Positions 1 to 8,416 of a DNA stretch of 30,062 nucleotides are shown here, piece by piece. The position numbers and the translations under genes are program-made. Every line of letters begins with the position of its first letter. Positions within the stretch are counted from its first letter, which is position 1. Source of the DNA: Candidatus Methylomirabilota bacterium (GTDB lineage: Bacteria > Methylomirabilota > Methylomirabilia > Rokubacteriales > CSP1-6); assembly GCA_046726415.1 (NCBI GenBank), contig JBKPAK010000016.1, positions 1 through 30,062 on the forward strand, read 5' to 3'. The notes below the pieces were generated by a model. That model ran no database searches. It saw only the letters and a program-made list of their open reading frames with translations, and had not been told where the DNA came from.

Positions 1-258
1 GGAGTTGCCGCCTGAAGCGGAAGTGCCGACAGTGATGAGGCGCTGGTTGACGTTGGCGGGGTTGCCGTCGATCGTGCCGCGTCCGATCGTGTTGGGCGAC
101 AAGTTGGCCCAGTAGATGAAGGCGGATCCGGATGGCTGGGCAAGCGCAGGTGGCGCCGCGACGAGGCTGGCGACCAACATCGCGGCCAGGAGAGGCACTG
201 GCGACCGGTACCGGGACACGATTGTCACTGGCGACAGGCACGTGGCCACGATTGTCAC
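1..258 (-). CDS. Secreted YWTD/YWAN-type beta-propeller repeat protein, 5' part (runs off left edge)
   Basis: Not in the ORF track (no stop in window). Translated by hand: GTG at 258 after GGGGAG; in-frame ATG at 180; ...PLLAAMLVASLVAAPPALA|QPSGSAFIYWANLSPNTIGRGTIDGNPANVNQRLI. Signal peptide ending ALA, then IYWAN..TIGRGTIDG resembling LDL-receptor class B-like propeller blades. Confidence 0.7.
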   Translation of the reverse strand, partial: MTIVATCLSPVTIVSRYRSPVPLLAAMLVASLVAAPPALAQPSGSAFIYWANLSPNTIGRGTIDGNPANVNQRLITVGTSASGGNS

Positions 259-265
259 TGGCTAC
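196..265. repeat. 30-bp imperfect tandem repeat, ~2.3 copies
   Basis: 196-225 cactggcgaccggtaccgggacacgattgt; 226-255 cactggcgacaggcacgtggccacgattgt; 256-265 cactggctac. Confidence 0.9.
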
Positions 266-280
266 TCCCCTGGGCCGCCG

Positions 281-2004
281 TCAGCGCCGCAAGCGCCGTG
301 CTCTGCTCGGCGTGATGGGATCGAAGCGGCTCAGGGAGGGTTCGGCCACGCCCAGGGCGGGGTCGGGGTCGATGTGGGGCGTCGTGGTCCCTAGGTCGGT
401 GAGAGGGTCGTAATTAGCGGCGAAGATGCTGCGCCAGTAGTCCACGGCCAGGTGGGGCACGTTTACGCTCGGGCTGTTGGTGTTGAGCGGCGCGCCAGCC
501 TGGGTGTAGACGTCGACGCGGTAGTGCTCGGGGCGGGAGCCGTCGCTGGTGTAGTAGAGGAGGTAGATCTGGCTGGCGCCGTCCACGGCCAGGTCGAGGT
601 AGGTGCCCTGCGAGGCCAGGGGCAGGGTGAACTGAAGCGTGGTGCCGGCTCCGAAGTAGCGGACGGGGTTGCCGTTGAGGTCGAAGGCGGACAGCTGGGA
701 TGCGTCAGCCTCCAGGATGAGCACGACGCCGGGGTTGGTCACAGCCACGGCGATGGTGAGCGCAGCAGGCCGATCTGGCTGCCCGGGCCGGCGCTGTAGG
801 CGGCCAGGTGAGCCCTAGGGGTGGCGACCGGCTGAAGTACGCCCAGGCGGCTGCTGGTGGTGTGCAGGGCGACCACCCGCCCCGAGGAGTGCAGGGCGGC
901 GGCCGACACGGGCAGGGTGAAGGTGCCGTACGAGACGGTGGGGTCCCAATCGATTGCTCCGGTCGCCGGGTCCAGGCTGACCCGGCGCACGTTGTAGGCG
1001 TCGGTGGTCTCGTCCGGCTCGAGCAGCACGTGGTTGCCCTCATCGGTGCGCTCGACGAAGGCGTCGAAGATCAGGAAGGGGCGGCGGGCGTAGCCCTCCT
1101 TGGGGGCGGTGCGGAGCTGGATGGTGGTGCCGTTCTCGGCCACGGGTACTCCGCGCAGGTAGTAGCGGTCGCCCTGCTTCCAGACGACCCCGGCGACGCC
1201 GGCCCGGGTGGCCACGGCCACGCCGGTCACCTCCTGGATCCCGCCGCTGGCGACCGTACCCCGGAGGATACCTGATTCGACCAGGTGTAGCCGCCGGCGG
1301 CCGGGCTATAGGTTGTGGTGTCGGTCCGCGTGAAGACTGTTGAGGCGGTGACCGGGGCCGGCAGCTGGGTAATCGCGAAGGACACCACCGAGGGCGGCTG
1401 GGCGGGGTTATCGTTGGGGAGCTGGGGGGAGACCCCGGTCGCCACCTGATGGTCGGCCCCGTCCAACATGGCCACGCTCCACTGGATGAACTTGCCCCCG
1501 AACGGGGCCGTCACGGTGAGCGCCAAGGGGTCGGAGCGGATCCGACCTCCCTCGTTGATGGTGCCGGTGATGGGGTCGAGGGTAAGGGCTCCGTCGACGA
1601 GGGCCTCCAGGCGCCATTTCTGGGCGGTCGTCGGGAACGTGCCGCCGGGGCCGGTCGAGGGGTCGCGCGAGATGGTGACCGTGGCCTGGTAGGTGAGGGT
1701 CACCTCGTTCTCGATCACCCAGGGCGAAACGATCGTCTCGGCGATCGCCTCGGCCAATGTGATCGCATCGCCGATTGCCGAGATGAGCGCCACCACCTGC
1801 CCGATCATGGGGATCGCCTCGAGCGCTTTCTGGACGCCTAACTGTTTGAGAACTGCCACGGCTACTCTGGTGTACAAAAGCCATGGCCGCGGCTGAGCCC
1901 AGGCCGGCCTTGAGCACCCAGCGCCGGCTCACCGGCGTGGCCCAGAGCTCTCTCAGCAGTGACCGGCTCTCGCTGTCCAGCTGCGAGTGCTCGTCGCTCG
2001 TCAT
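281..2004 (-). pseudogene. Disrupted Tat-exported multidomain protein (hydrophobic helical segment, beta-rich domain, NHL-like beta-propeller C-terminus)
   Basis: ATG 2004 gives MTSDEH...TPVSRRWVLKAGLGSAAAMA (twin-Arg motif). The coding frame then passes to ORF 1227-1877, to 739-1230 (one base short at CCCC 1259-1262) and to 281-748 (one base short at GG 755-756; restoring it reads GLLRSPIAVAVTNPG). Propeller-like blades such as YLDLAVDGASQIYLLYY and HLAVDYWRSIFAANY. The single-base shifts could be sequencing errors. Confidence 0.7.
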
Positions 2005-2108
2005 TATTTTTCGTGGTGGAGCATCATACAGGACTGGGTGGTCATGAGAGAAGCGGGCTAGGTGTCTCGCTATTTCCCGCGTGAGGTCGACCATCTCCTT
2101 AACCCCCT

Positions 2109-2425
2109 GTGAGACGGCAAGTGCTGCGCGCCGTCGGCGAGCGACTCGCGTTCGTGCACGACCGGGTGCGCGAGGTGGCCTACGCCGGGCTGTTGCGGTT
2201 CCGTCGGAAGCTCCTGCACTGTCAGGTGGCGGAGACTCTGGAGTCGCTGCATGCCGAGGATCTCACCCCCAAGTGGCCGCGCTCGGTCAGCACTAGCTCT
2301 ACCGGCGCGTGGGCAAGCGCGATCAAGCCCACGAGCACCTCACCGCCGCCACGACGCTGTATCGCGAGTGGACATGCAAGTTCTGACTGGAGCCGGCCGA
2401 GGGGGAACGCAAACAGTTGGGCTGA
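2109..2425 (+). pseudogene. Relic of STAND-class AAA ATPase/TPR protein (adenylate cyclase- or BTAD-associated type)
   Basis: RRQVLRAVGERLAFVHDRVREVAYAGLL..RRKLLH..VAETLE (F-x-H-x-x-x-R-E-x-A-Y motif following the STAND NTPase), then QVAALGQH*, then LYRRVGKRDQAHEHLTAATTLYRE..KF*LEPAEGERKQLG* (typical C-terminal TPR; TGA 2384-2386 at the Trp position). Frameshifts, stops and an internal deletion. Confidence 0.75.
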
Positions 2426-2551
2426 GGGTACCTCGGCTCACGACCGCGCTCCCTGCTGCTAGGAGGACGGGACTCTTCAGGGACGCCCGAGAGGTCGTGC
2501 GCCCCCACTGCGAGAGGGAGCATGCGACCAGCCCCATCGTGGAGGTGTCTC

Positions 2552-2890
2552 ATGCCGGAGCAGATTTCGAAGTACCCGGATGTGACTCTGCAGGTGCTCA
2601 AGGGAGCCGGGGCGCGCTGTGGGGAGAGGATCCCGCCGAAGATACTGGTCAAATGCCCTGCGGAGCGGTTCTGTGCGCTGCCCACCGGGGAGATCTGTGT
2701 CTACGGCATAACGGAGATCCCGCAGATGACGCAGATCACGACCAAGGAGCTCGCGCGAGTGGTCTGTCCCGAGGCGCGGCAATCGTCGACGGCTCTTCCC
2801 GCGCCCTGGAGTGCCGAGATGACAGTGCTGGCCGGAGCCTTGGTCGCCGGCTTCGTGATTGGCCGTTATCGATCACGGGAAGGAGCATAG
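2552..2890 (+). CDS. Small Cys-rich hypothetical protein with C-terminal membrane anchor (112 aa)
   Basis: GGAGG at 2541-2545 before ATG 2552; Cys at 23, 35, 41, 49, 72; C-terminal VLAGALVAGFVIG followed by RYRSR. Confidence 0.8.
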   Translation: MPEQISKYPDVTLQVLKGAGARCGERIPPKILVKCPAERFCALPTGEICVYGITEIPQMTQITTKELARVVCPEARQSSTALPAPWSAEMTVLAGALVAGFVIGRYRSREGA

Positions 2891-3049
2891 AGGCGATCGC
2901 CCGTAGGGTGCTCGGCCGGTGGGCTCGGACCATCGCCTCCACTGCTCCGCGATCTCGTGGGGCCGAGCCTTGAGCGAATGCTCCCTCGGGCCGCTCTCAC
3001 CCAGCGGCGCGCTCATCGAGCGCCCCGCTGCTCGCCGCTCAGCTCGTGT

Positions 3050-3700
3050 TCAGCGGTGCGCGTGGCCCGATGGCAGCATGGTTTCAAGCAAGGCGTGCAT
3101 CGCTTCGCTGTTCCACTCACGGGCGCCCACGGCCATACCCGCGACGTCGCCGCCTGGCCGGATGAGAAAGGTCGCCGGAATACCGGTCACTCGCCAGGCG
3201 CTCGAGATCTTCATGTCCGCATCGAGCAGGATCGGGAAGCTGAGACCGAGGGTCTTCACATAGGGGTCGAGAAGCGCCCGGGGCGCGCCGCGGTCCACGG
3301 ACACGCCGACCACGACGAGACCCCGCTCGCGATAGCTGCGCCACAGGGCCTCCAAGGTGGGCATCTCTGACGTGCAGGGCTGGCACCAGGTGGCCCAGAA
3401 GTTCAGGACGATGGCCTTGTCGCGCCACTCCTCCAGCGAGGCCTGTCGGCCGTCTAGGGTTGCCAGCCGGAAGGCAGGCCCTCGCTGTCCCTCCTTGAGC
3501 TCGGTGACGCCCGCCTTCTCGAAGGGATCGAGCGCGGGCGCATGGGCGGCGTGATGCCCATCCTGTTGTCCCGGCTGGCGGACCGGCAACACCCACACGA
3601 TCCCCGCGACGACGAGCGCCGCCAGGGCCACACGCACTGCGGTTGCGCGGCGCCTTCCGCGGCCCGGCACGCCGCCCAGGTCCGTCGTGAATCGCTCCAT
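3050..3700 (-). CDS. TlpA/ResA-family membrane-anchored thiol:disulfide oxidoreductase
   Basis: N-terminal TM helix; LNFWATWCQPCTSEMP motif; cis-Pro loop GIPATFLI; start may be 3700 or 3703. Confidence 0.93.
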   Translation of the reverse strand: MERFTTDLGGVPGRGRRRATAVRVALAALVVAGIVWVLPVRQPGQQDGHHAAHAPALDPFEKAGVTELKEGQRGPAFRLATLDGRQASLEEWRDKAIVLNFWATWCQPCTSEMPTLEALWRSYRERGLVVVGVSVDRGAPRALLDPYVKTLGLSFPILLDADMKISSAWRVTGIPATFLIRPGGDVAGMAVGAREWNSEAMHALLETMLPSGHAHR

Positions 3701-3887
3701 CAACCCACTCGAGGCTTCCCGCCTGAGTGCTCTTGGCTCCTAACGTGGATGGTCAAGAACGAGCATGACCGTGAGTTGCGGGGTGGCACGGTGGAGGGTC
3801 CTGCGAGCGCCACCGCGTCGGTGGGTTCAGGGGCATCCACCGCGACAGGACTCGGCCACCTCGCGCTTTTCATCCTTCACGTACACG

Positions 3888-4595
3888 TCAGACACCAAGT
3901 TTCTCGCGCGTCACCGGGCTCTCGCGCAGCTCCCTCGCTGATCCGTCGAAGGCGATCTGGCCCTTCTCCATGATGTAGCCGCGGTCGCAGACGGACAGCG
4001 CAACTCGCGCGTTTTGTTCCACGAGGAGGACGGTGACCCCGAGCCGCTTCAGCTCGGCGATCATGTCGCGGATGTGCCGCACCAACGCCGGGGCCAGTCC
4101 TTGGGTGGGCTCGTCCATCAGGATCAGACGAGCGCCGGCCATCATCACGCGTCCAATGGCGAGCATCTGCTGTTCGCCGCCGGAGAGCGTCCTGCCGGCC
4201 TGGTTCAGGCGCTCCGAGAGGCGCGGGAAGTGGCGAAAAACCTCGTCGAGCCGCTCCCGCCGCAGCGCCGTCGTGCGCCGGGGGACGGCGGACAACCCCA
4301 GTTCGAGATTCTCTCGCACGGTGAGGCCGGGGAAGATACGGCGGTTCTCGGGCACGAGCCCCACCCCCAAGCGCGCGATCTCGTGCGGCGTGAGGCCGGT
4401 GAGACTCGAGCCCTCGAACTCGATGCGGCCCCGCCAGGATGGCAGGAACCCCATCGCCGCCTTCATAAGCGTGGTTTTGCCCATCCCGTTCTTGCCCAGG
4501 AGCGCCACCGCCTCCCCCTCCCGGACCTCGAGCGACACGCCGAAGAGGATAGGGGTCGCGCCGTAACCCGCATGGAGGTCGTCGATGCGGAACAC
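3888..4595 (-). CDS. livF: LIV-type ABC transporter ATP-binding protein (LivF-like)
   Basis: GTG at 4595, 1 nt after the livG stop; Walker A GKNGMGKTT, LSGGEQQMLAIGR, LMDEPTQGLAP, LLVEQNA. Confidence 0.92.
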   Translation of the reverse strand: MFRIDDLHAGYGATPILFGVSLEVREGEAVALLGKNGMGKTTLMKAAMGFLPSWRGRIEFEGSSLTGLTPHEIARLGVGLVPENRRIFPGLTVRENLELGLSAVPRRTTALRRERLDEVFRHFPRLSERLNQAGRTLSGGEQQMLAIGRVMMAGARLILMDEPTQGLAPALVRHIRDMIAELKRLGVTVLLVEQNARVALSVCDRGYIMEKGQIAFDGSARELRESPVTREKLGV

Positions 4596-4596
4596 T

Positions 4597-5358
4597 TTAG
4601 TCCTCGGCCCCGCCCAGGTAGGCGTCGATGACCTTTGGATCACTGCGGATGTCCGGAGGAAAACCCTCGGCGATCTTCTCACCGAAATGGAGGACGGCGA
4701 TCCTGTCCGAGATCCCCATCACCACGCTCATGTCGTGCTCGATGAGGAGCAGGGTGAGGCCGCGCTCGTCAATGGTCCGCTTGACGAGCGCGGTGGCCTC
4801 TTTGGTTTCGCCGGGCGCCATTCCCGCGGTGGGCTCGTCGAGCAGCAACAACGTCGGCTCGGTGGCCAGAGCCAGGCAGATCTCGAGGTAGCGCTGCTCC
4901 CCATGGGAGAGGTTCTCGGCCAGTTCGTCGCGCCGCCCCTCCAGCCCGAAGGACGCGAGCAGCTCCGCGACCCGGTCGTCCACGTCGGGGGCTCTCCACA
5001 GCGAGCGAAGGCGCCCGGACTCCGGAACCCGGGACTGCGCGGCCACCCGGACGTTGTCGGCCACTGAGATCTCCGGGAACAGGTTCGTGATCTGGAAGGT
5101 TTTGGCCAAGCCGAGCCGGTTGACCGCCTCCGGGGGGAGGCCCGCGACGTCGCGGCCCTCGAACATCACGCGTCCCGAGGAGGGCGTGTGCAGACCGGCG
5201 ATGACGTTGAAGAGGGTCGACTTGCCGGCGCCGTTGGGTCCGATGACCGAGAAGATCTCGCCGCGCTGGACGCTGAAGCTCACGTGGGAGAGCGCGGCCA
5301 GCGCTCCGAACCGCTTGGAGACATCCTGCACCTCCAGAATCGGACGGCTCGGCGTCAT
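4597..5358 (-). CDS. livG: LIV-type ABC transporter ATP-binding protein (LivG-like)
   Basis: GPNGAGKST, LSHGEQRYLEI, LLLDEPTAGM, IEHDM, C-terminal VIDAYLG. Confidence 0.93.
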   Translation of the reverse strand: MTPSRPILEVQDVSKRFGALAALSHVSFSVQRGEIFSVIGPNGAGKSTLFNVIAGLHTPSSGRVMFEGRDVAGLPPEAVNRLGLAKTFQITNLFPEISVADNVRVAAQSRVPESGRLRSLWRAPDVDDRVAELLASFGLEGRRDELAENLSHGEQRYLEICLALATEPTLLLLDEPTAGMAPGETKEATALVKRTIDERGLTLLLIEHDMSVVMGISDRIAVLHFGEKIAEGFPPDIRSDPKVIDAYLGGAED

Positions 5359-5367
5359 GCCGTTTGC

Positions 5368-6318
5368 TCAGGCGGCGGCGCGCCGCACGCGCAACCGCCG
5401 CAGACCGGGGAGGCCGAGTAGACCGCGTGGCATGAACAGGACGATGAGGACGAGGACGGCACCGATCACCATGAAGTACCAATCGACGTACGACGAGACT
5501 CTGTCGCGCAGGATGGTGAAGAAGGCGCCCCCGACGATCGGGCCCACCAGCGTGCCGATGCCGCCGATCATGACTGAGATGATGAACTCGCCGGATTCCG
5601 TCCAGACCATGAGATCTGGGGTGGCGAATGCCGAGCGAATGGGATAGATGGCGCCCCCGAGCCCGGTCAGGAGGGCCGAGATCATGCACGCGACCATCTT
5701 GTAGCGCTGGACGTCGTAGCCGAGGAAGCGCGCGCGGTCCTCGTTCTCGCGGATGGCCACCAGGACGCGGCCGAAGTGCGAGGAGACGACGATCCGACAG
5801 ATTGCGTAGGCGGCCAGGACGTAGAACAACACCAGGTAGTATTTCTTCACCGGCGTGTCGATGATGACTCCCGGCCAGAGCTGCGCGTCCGGGAGCCCCT
5901 GGATGCCGTCGGAGCCTCCGAAGGCCTGCGTGTAGCGGAAGAACGTGTAGACGACCTCGGCAAAGATGAGGGTCAGCAGGGCGAAGTAGATCCCCCGCCG
6001 GGCCGTGGAAAAGTAGCTCACCACGAGGGCATAGATCCCGACCACCACCAGGGCGAACCCGAGGCACAGCCACAGCGAGAGCACACCTCGTTCCAAGAGC
6101 ACGGCCGTGGCGTACGCGCCCAAGCCGTAGAAGGCCGCGTGGCCGAAGGAGACCAGCCCCGTGTAGCCCATGAGGAGATCGAGGCTCATGGCGATGGCTC
6201 CGAACAGGAGCGCATCGAAGGCGAGGAGCAGGTAGTAGCGCGACATGAACGGCCAGAGGGGCAGCAGCGCCAACACGGCGAAGACGGCGCCCGCCCGCCA
6301 GCCAAAGGCCTTACTCAA
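5368..6318 (-). CDS. livM: LIV-type ABC transporter permease (LivM-like)
   Basis: GYTGLVSFGHAAFYGLGAY, GIYFALLTL, GGSDG, FGRVLVAIRENEDRARFLG, IGGIGTLVGP. Confidence 0.93.
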   Translation of the reverse strand: MSKAFGWRAGAVFAVLALLPLWPFMSRYYLLLAFDALLFGAIAMSLDLLMGYTGLVSFGHAAFYGLGAYATAVLLERGVLSLWLCLGFALVVVGIYALVVSYFSTARRGIYFALLTLIFAEVVYTFFRYTQAFGGSDGIQGLPDAQLWPGVIIDTPVKKYYLVLFYVLAAYAICRIVVSSHFGRVLVAIRENEDRARFLGYDVQRYKMVACMISALLTGLGGAIYPIRSAFATPDLMVWTESGEFIISVMIGGIGTLVGPIVGGAFFTILRDRVSSYVDWYFMVIGAVLVLIVLFMPRGLLGLPGLRRLRVRRAAA

Positions 6319-7189
6319 GGACTCCCTCGCGACCGAAGAGTCCCCGCGGGCGGGCGATGAGCACGACGATCATGATCCCAAAGATGGCGATGGCCACCCG
6401 CTGGGGGTTCATCCAGAGCGTAAAGATGCTCTGCGCGATGCCGATGATGAGGGCCGCGACTACGGAGCCGCCCATGGAGCCCATGCCCCCCAGGATGACG
6501 ACGATGAAGGCGAGGAGGATCATCTCGACGCCCATCTGAGGGTACACGGTGTACACGGGGGCGAGCAGCAGGCCGGCCAGGGACGCTAGGGCGGCCGCGC
6601 CGGCAAAGGTCCAGGTGAAGAGCCTCCGCACGTTCACACCCAACCCGTCGAGCATCTCCGCGTCCTGGACGGCGGCACGGACGAGAGTTCCCGCCCGGGT
6701 CTTGGTGAAGAAGAGCCAAATGACGAGCAGGAGGGACGAGGAGGCGGCGAGCAGGAAGAGCCGGTAGTTCGGATAGGTCATGCCGAGAAGCGGTGTGGAG
6801 CCGGGGAGCGGTGAGAGGATCCGCCGCATGTCTCCGCCGAAAATTTGCCGGATGCCCTCCCGAAAGACCAGGGCGAGCCCGAAGGTCAGAATCAAGCCGT
6901 AGAGGGGCTCCCGCCGGTAGATGGGCCGGATAGTCGTCACCTCGGTGAGCGCCGCCAGCGCCGCGACCAGCAGGGGCGCCGCCACCAGCGCGACCCAGAA
7001 TGACTGGGTCAGCGCGATGACGAGGATCCCCGCGTATGCGCCCATCATGTACAACTCGCCGTGGGCGAAGTTCATCACCCCCAGTAAGCCGAAGACCACG
7101 GTCAAGCCCAGGGCCAGCAACCCCAGCGCGGCCCCGAACACGAGGCCGTGCAGGAGCTGCGGCAAGAGAACCGCGGTCAGGTAATCCAC
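6311..7189 (-). CDS. livH: LIV-type ABC transporter permease (LivH-like)
   Basis: GLTVVFGLLGVMNFAHGELYMMGAY, AFIVVILGGMGS, C-terminal RPRGLFG. Confidence 0.93.
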   Translation of the reverse strand: MDYLTAVLLPQLLHGLVFGAALGLLALGLTVVFGLLGVMNFAHGELYMMGAYAGILVIALTQSFWVALVAAPLLVAALAALTEVTTIRPIYRREPLYGLILTFGLALVFREGIRQIFGGDMRRILSPLPGSTPLLGMTYPNYRLFLLAASSSLLLVIWLFFTKTRAGTLVRAAVQDAEMLDGLGVNVRRLFTWTFAGAAALASLAGLLLAPVYTVYPQMGVEMILLAFIVVILGGMGSMGGSVVAALIIGIAQSIFTLWMNPQRVAIAIFGIMIVVLIARPRGLFGREGVLE

Positions 7190-7195
7190 CGAGGG

Positions 7196-8416
7196 CTAGT
7201 TCTTCTTCTTGATCTCCCAGCTGAAGCCGGCGATGGGATCCTTGCCCACCATGGACTCGCCGATCGTGTCTTTGCCGGACAGCGTGACGATGGGCACGTT
7301 CTTGCCCTTCTCCACGCGGTAGAGGTGCATGTCCATGATCACTTGATGGTCTTCCTTGCGAATGCACTGTCGGCCGACGTGGGTGCCCTCCAGGCACATG
7401 CCCTCCAGCGCCTCCGACACCTTGTCGGCGTCGAAGCTCTTGACCTTTTCGACCGCGGCCGCCCAGAAGAGCACGCCGTCGTAGGCGCCGGCCATGATGT
7501 TGCCGTCGACGCCGAACTTCTTCTTGAACTTGGCATTGAAGGCCTGCATGTTCGCATCGGGGTTGTAGGGCGAGTAGTGCGCGAGCTGGACGAAGCCCTC
7601 CATGGGTTCCGCGATGGCCGGCAGATCCTGTTGCAAGAGGAAGCAGTCGATCCCGGCCAGCTTGTACTTCTTGGTCATCCCGAAGGAATGGAGCTGCGTC
7701 ATCAGCCTGAGCGAGTCGGTGCCCGCGAAGGCCAGGAACAGCACATCGGCGTTCGATTGATTGATGGCTCCGAACCATGGGCTGAAATCCTTGGTGTCCA
7801 GCGGCGCCCCGGCCACGCCGACCACATCGCCGCCGAGATTCTCCAGGGCCGTCTTGAACTGGCGGGCATCCGACTGGCCCATGGCGTAGTCGGTGTAGAG
7901 GATGTACACCTTCTTGCCCATCTTGTCGTAGATGTACTTGGCCAGGCCGTTGGCCTGCATCCGCGAGTCGGGCTGATTCGAGAAGTAGTACTTGTGAAAC
8001 TTCGTGGTGCGCATGAATTCGGCGCACGAGACGGCGTTCCAGTGCAGGGTCTTGTGCTTCTTGGTGACGTCCATGATAGCCAGGGTGGCTCCGCTGGACA
8101 CGGCGCCCACTACCAGCTTGACGTCGTCCTGCAGGATGAGCTTCTCGGTCTTGCGCACGGCGGGGGCGGGCTTGGTCTCGTCGTCCTCGACCACGACTTC
8201 GATCTTGTGGCCGAGCACGCCGCCTTTCGCGTTCAGCTCCTCAACTGCCATCTGGATCATCATGGACTGGTACTTTCCGTACCCCTCGAAAACACCTACT
8301 TTGGAGCCGATGTCACCGATCTTGACGACTTTCGGCGCCTGGGCGGGCACCACCACCACGCCCGCGGCCACAAGGACAAGCGCCAAGATCAGGGAGAGAC
8401 CGATCAGTCGCTTCAT
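7196..8416 (-). CDS. ABC transporter substrate-binding protein, LivJ/K-like (substrate unknown)
   Basis: Signal peptide ending PAQA; AVEELNAKGGVLGHKIEVVVEDDETKP; GAVSSG; SD AGGAGG; ATGA overlap with the upstream stop. Confidence 0.93.
   Translation of the reverse strand: MKRLIGLSLILALVLVAAGVVVVPAQAPKVVKIGDIGSKVGVFEGYGKYQSMMIQMAVEELNAKGGVLGHKIEVVVEDDETKPAPAVRKTEKLILQDDVKLVVGAVSSGATLAIMDVTKKHKTLHWNAVSCAEFMRTTKFHKYYFSNQPDSRMQANGLAKYIYDKMGKKVYILYTDYAMGQSDARQFKTALENLGGDVVGVAGAPLDTKDFSPWFGAINQSNADVLFLAFAGTDSLRLMTQLHSFGMTKKYKLAGIDCFLLQQDLPAIAEPMEGFVQLAHYSPYNPDANMQAFNAKFKKKFGVDGNIMAGAYDGVLFWAAAVEKVKSFDADKVSEALEGMCLEGTHVGRQCIRKEDHQVIMDMHLYRVEKGKNVPIVTLSGKDTIGESMVGKDPIAGFSWEIKKKN

Noticed and set aside
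196-265. 30-bp repeats as a mini CRISPR array
   Set aside because: Units are directly adjacent with no unique spacers, keep the reading frame, and no cas genes are present.
739-1262. Programmed ribosomal frameshifting in the Tat gene
   Set aside because: No X XXY YYZ slippery heptamer at either site; several lesions in one gene fit decay or error better.
2381-2390. In-frame TGA as selenocysteine
   Set aside because: It falls at a Trp position (F-W-L-E) within a frameshifted relic; a simple nonsense mutation.
3827-3895. 22-codon minus-strand ORF overlapping the livF stop (MSDVYVKDEKREVAESCRGGCP)
   Set aside because: Could be the stub of a lost gene, but it is too short and has no recognisable motif.
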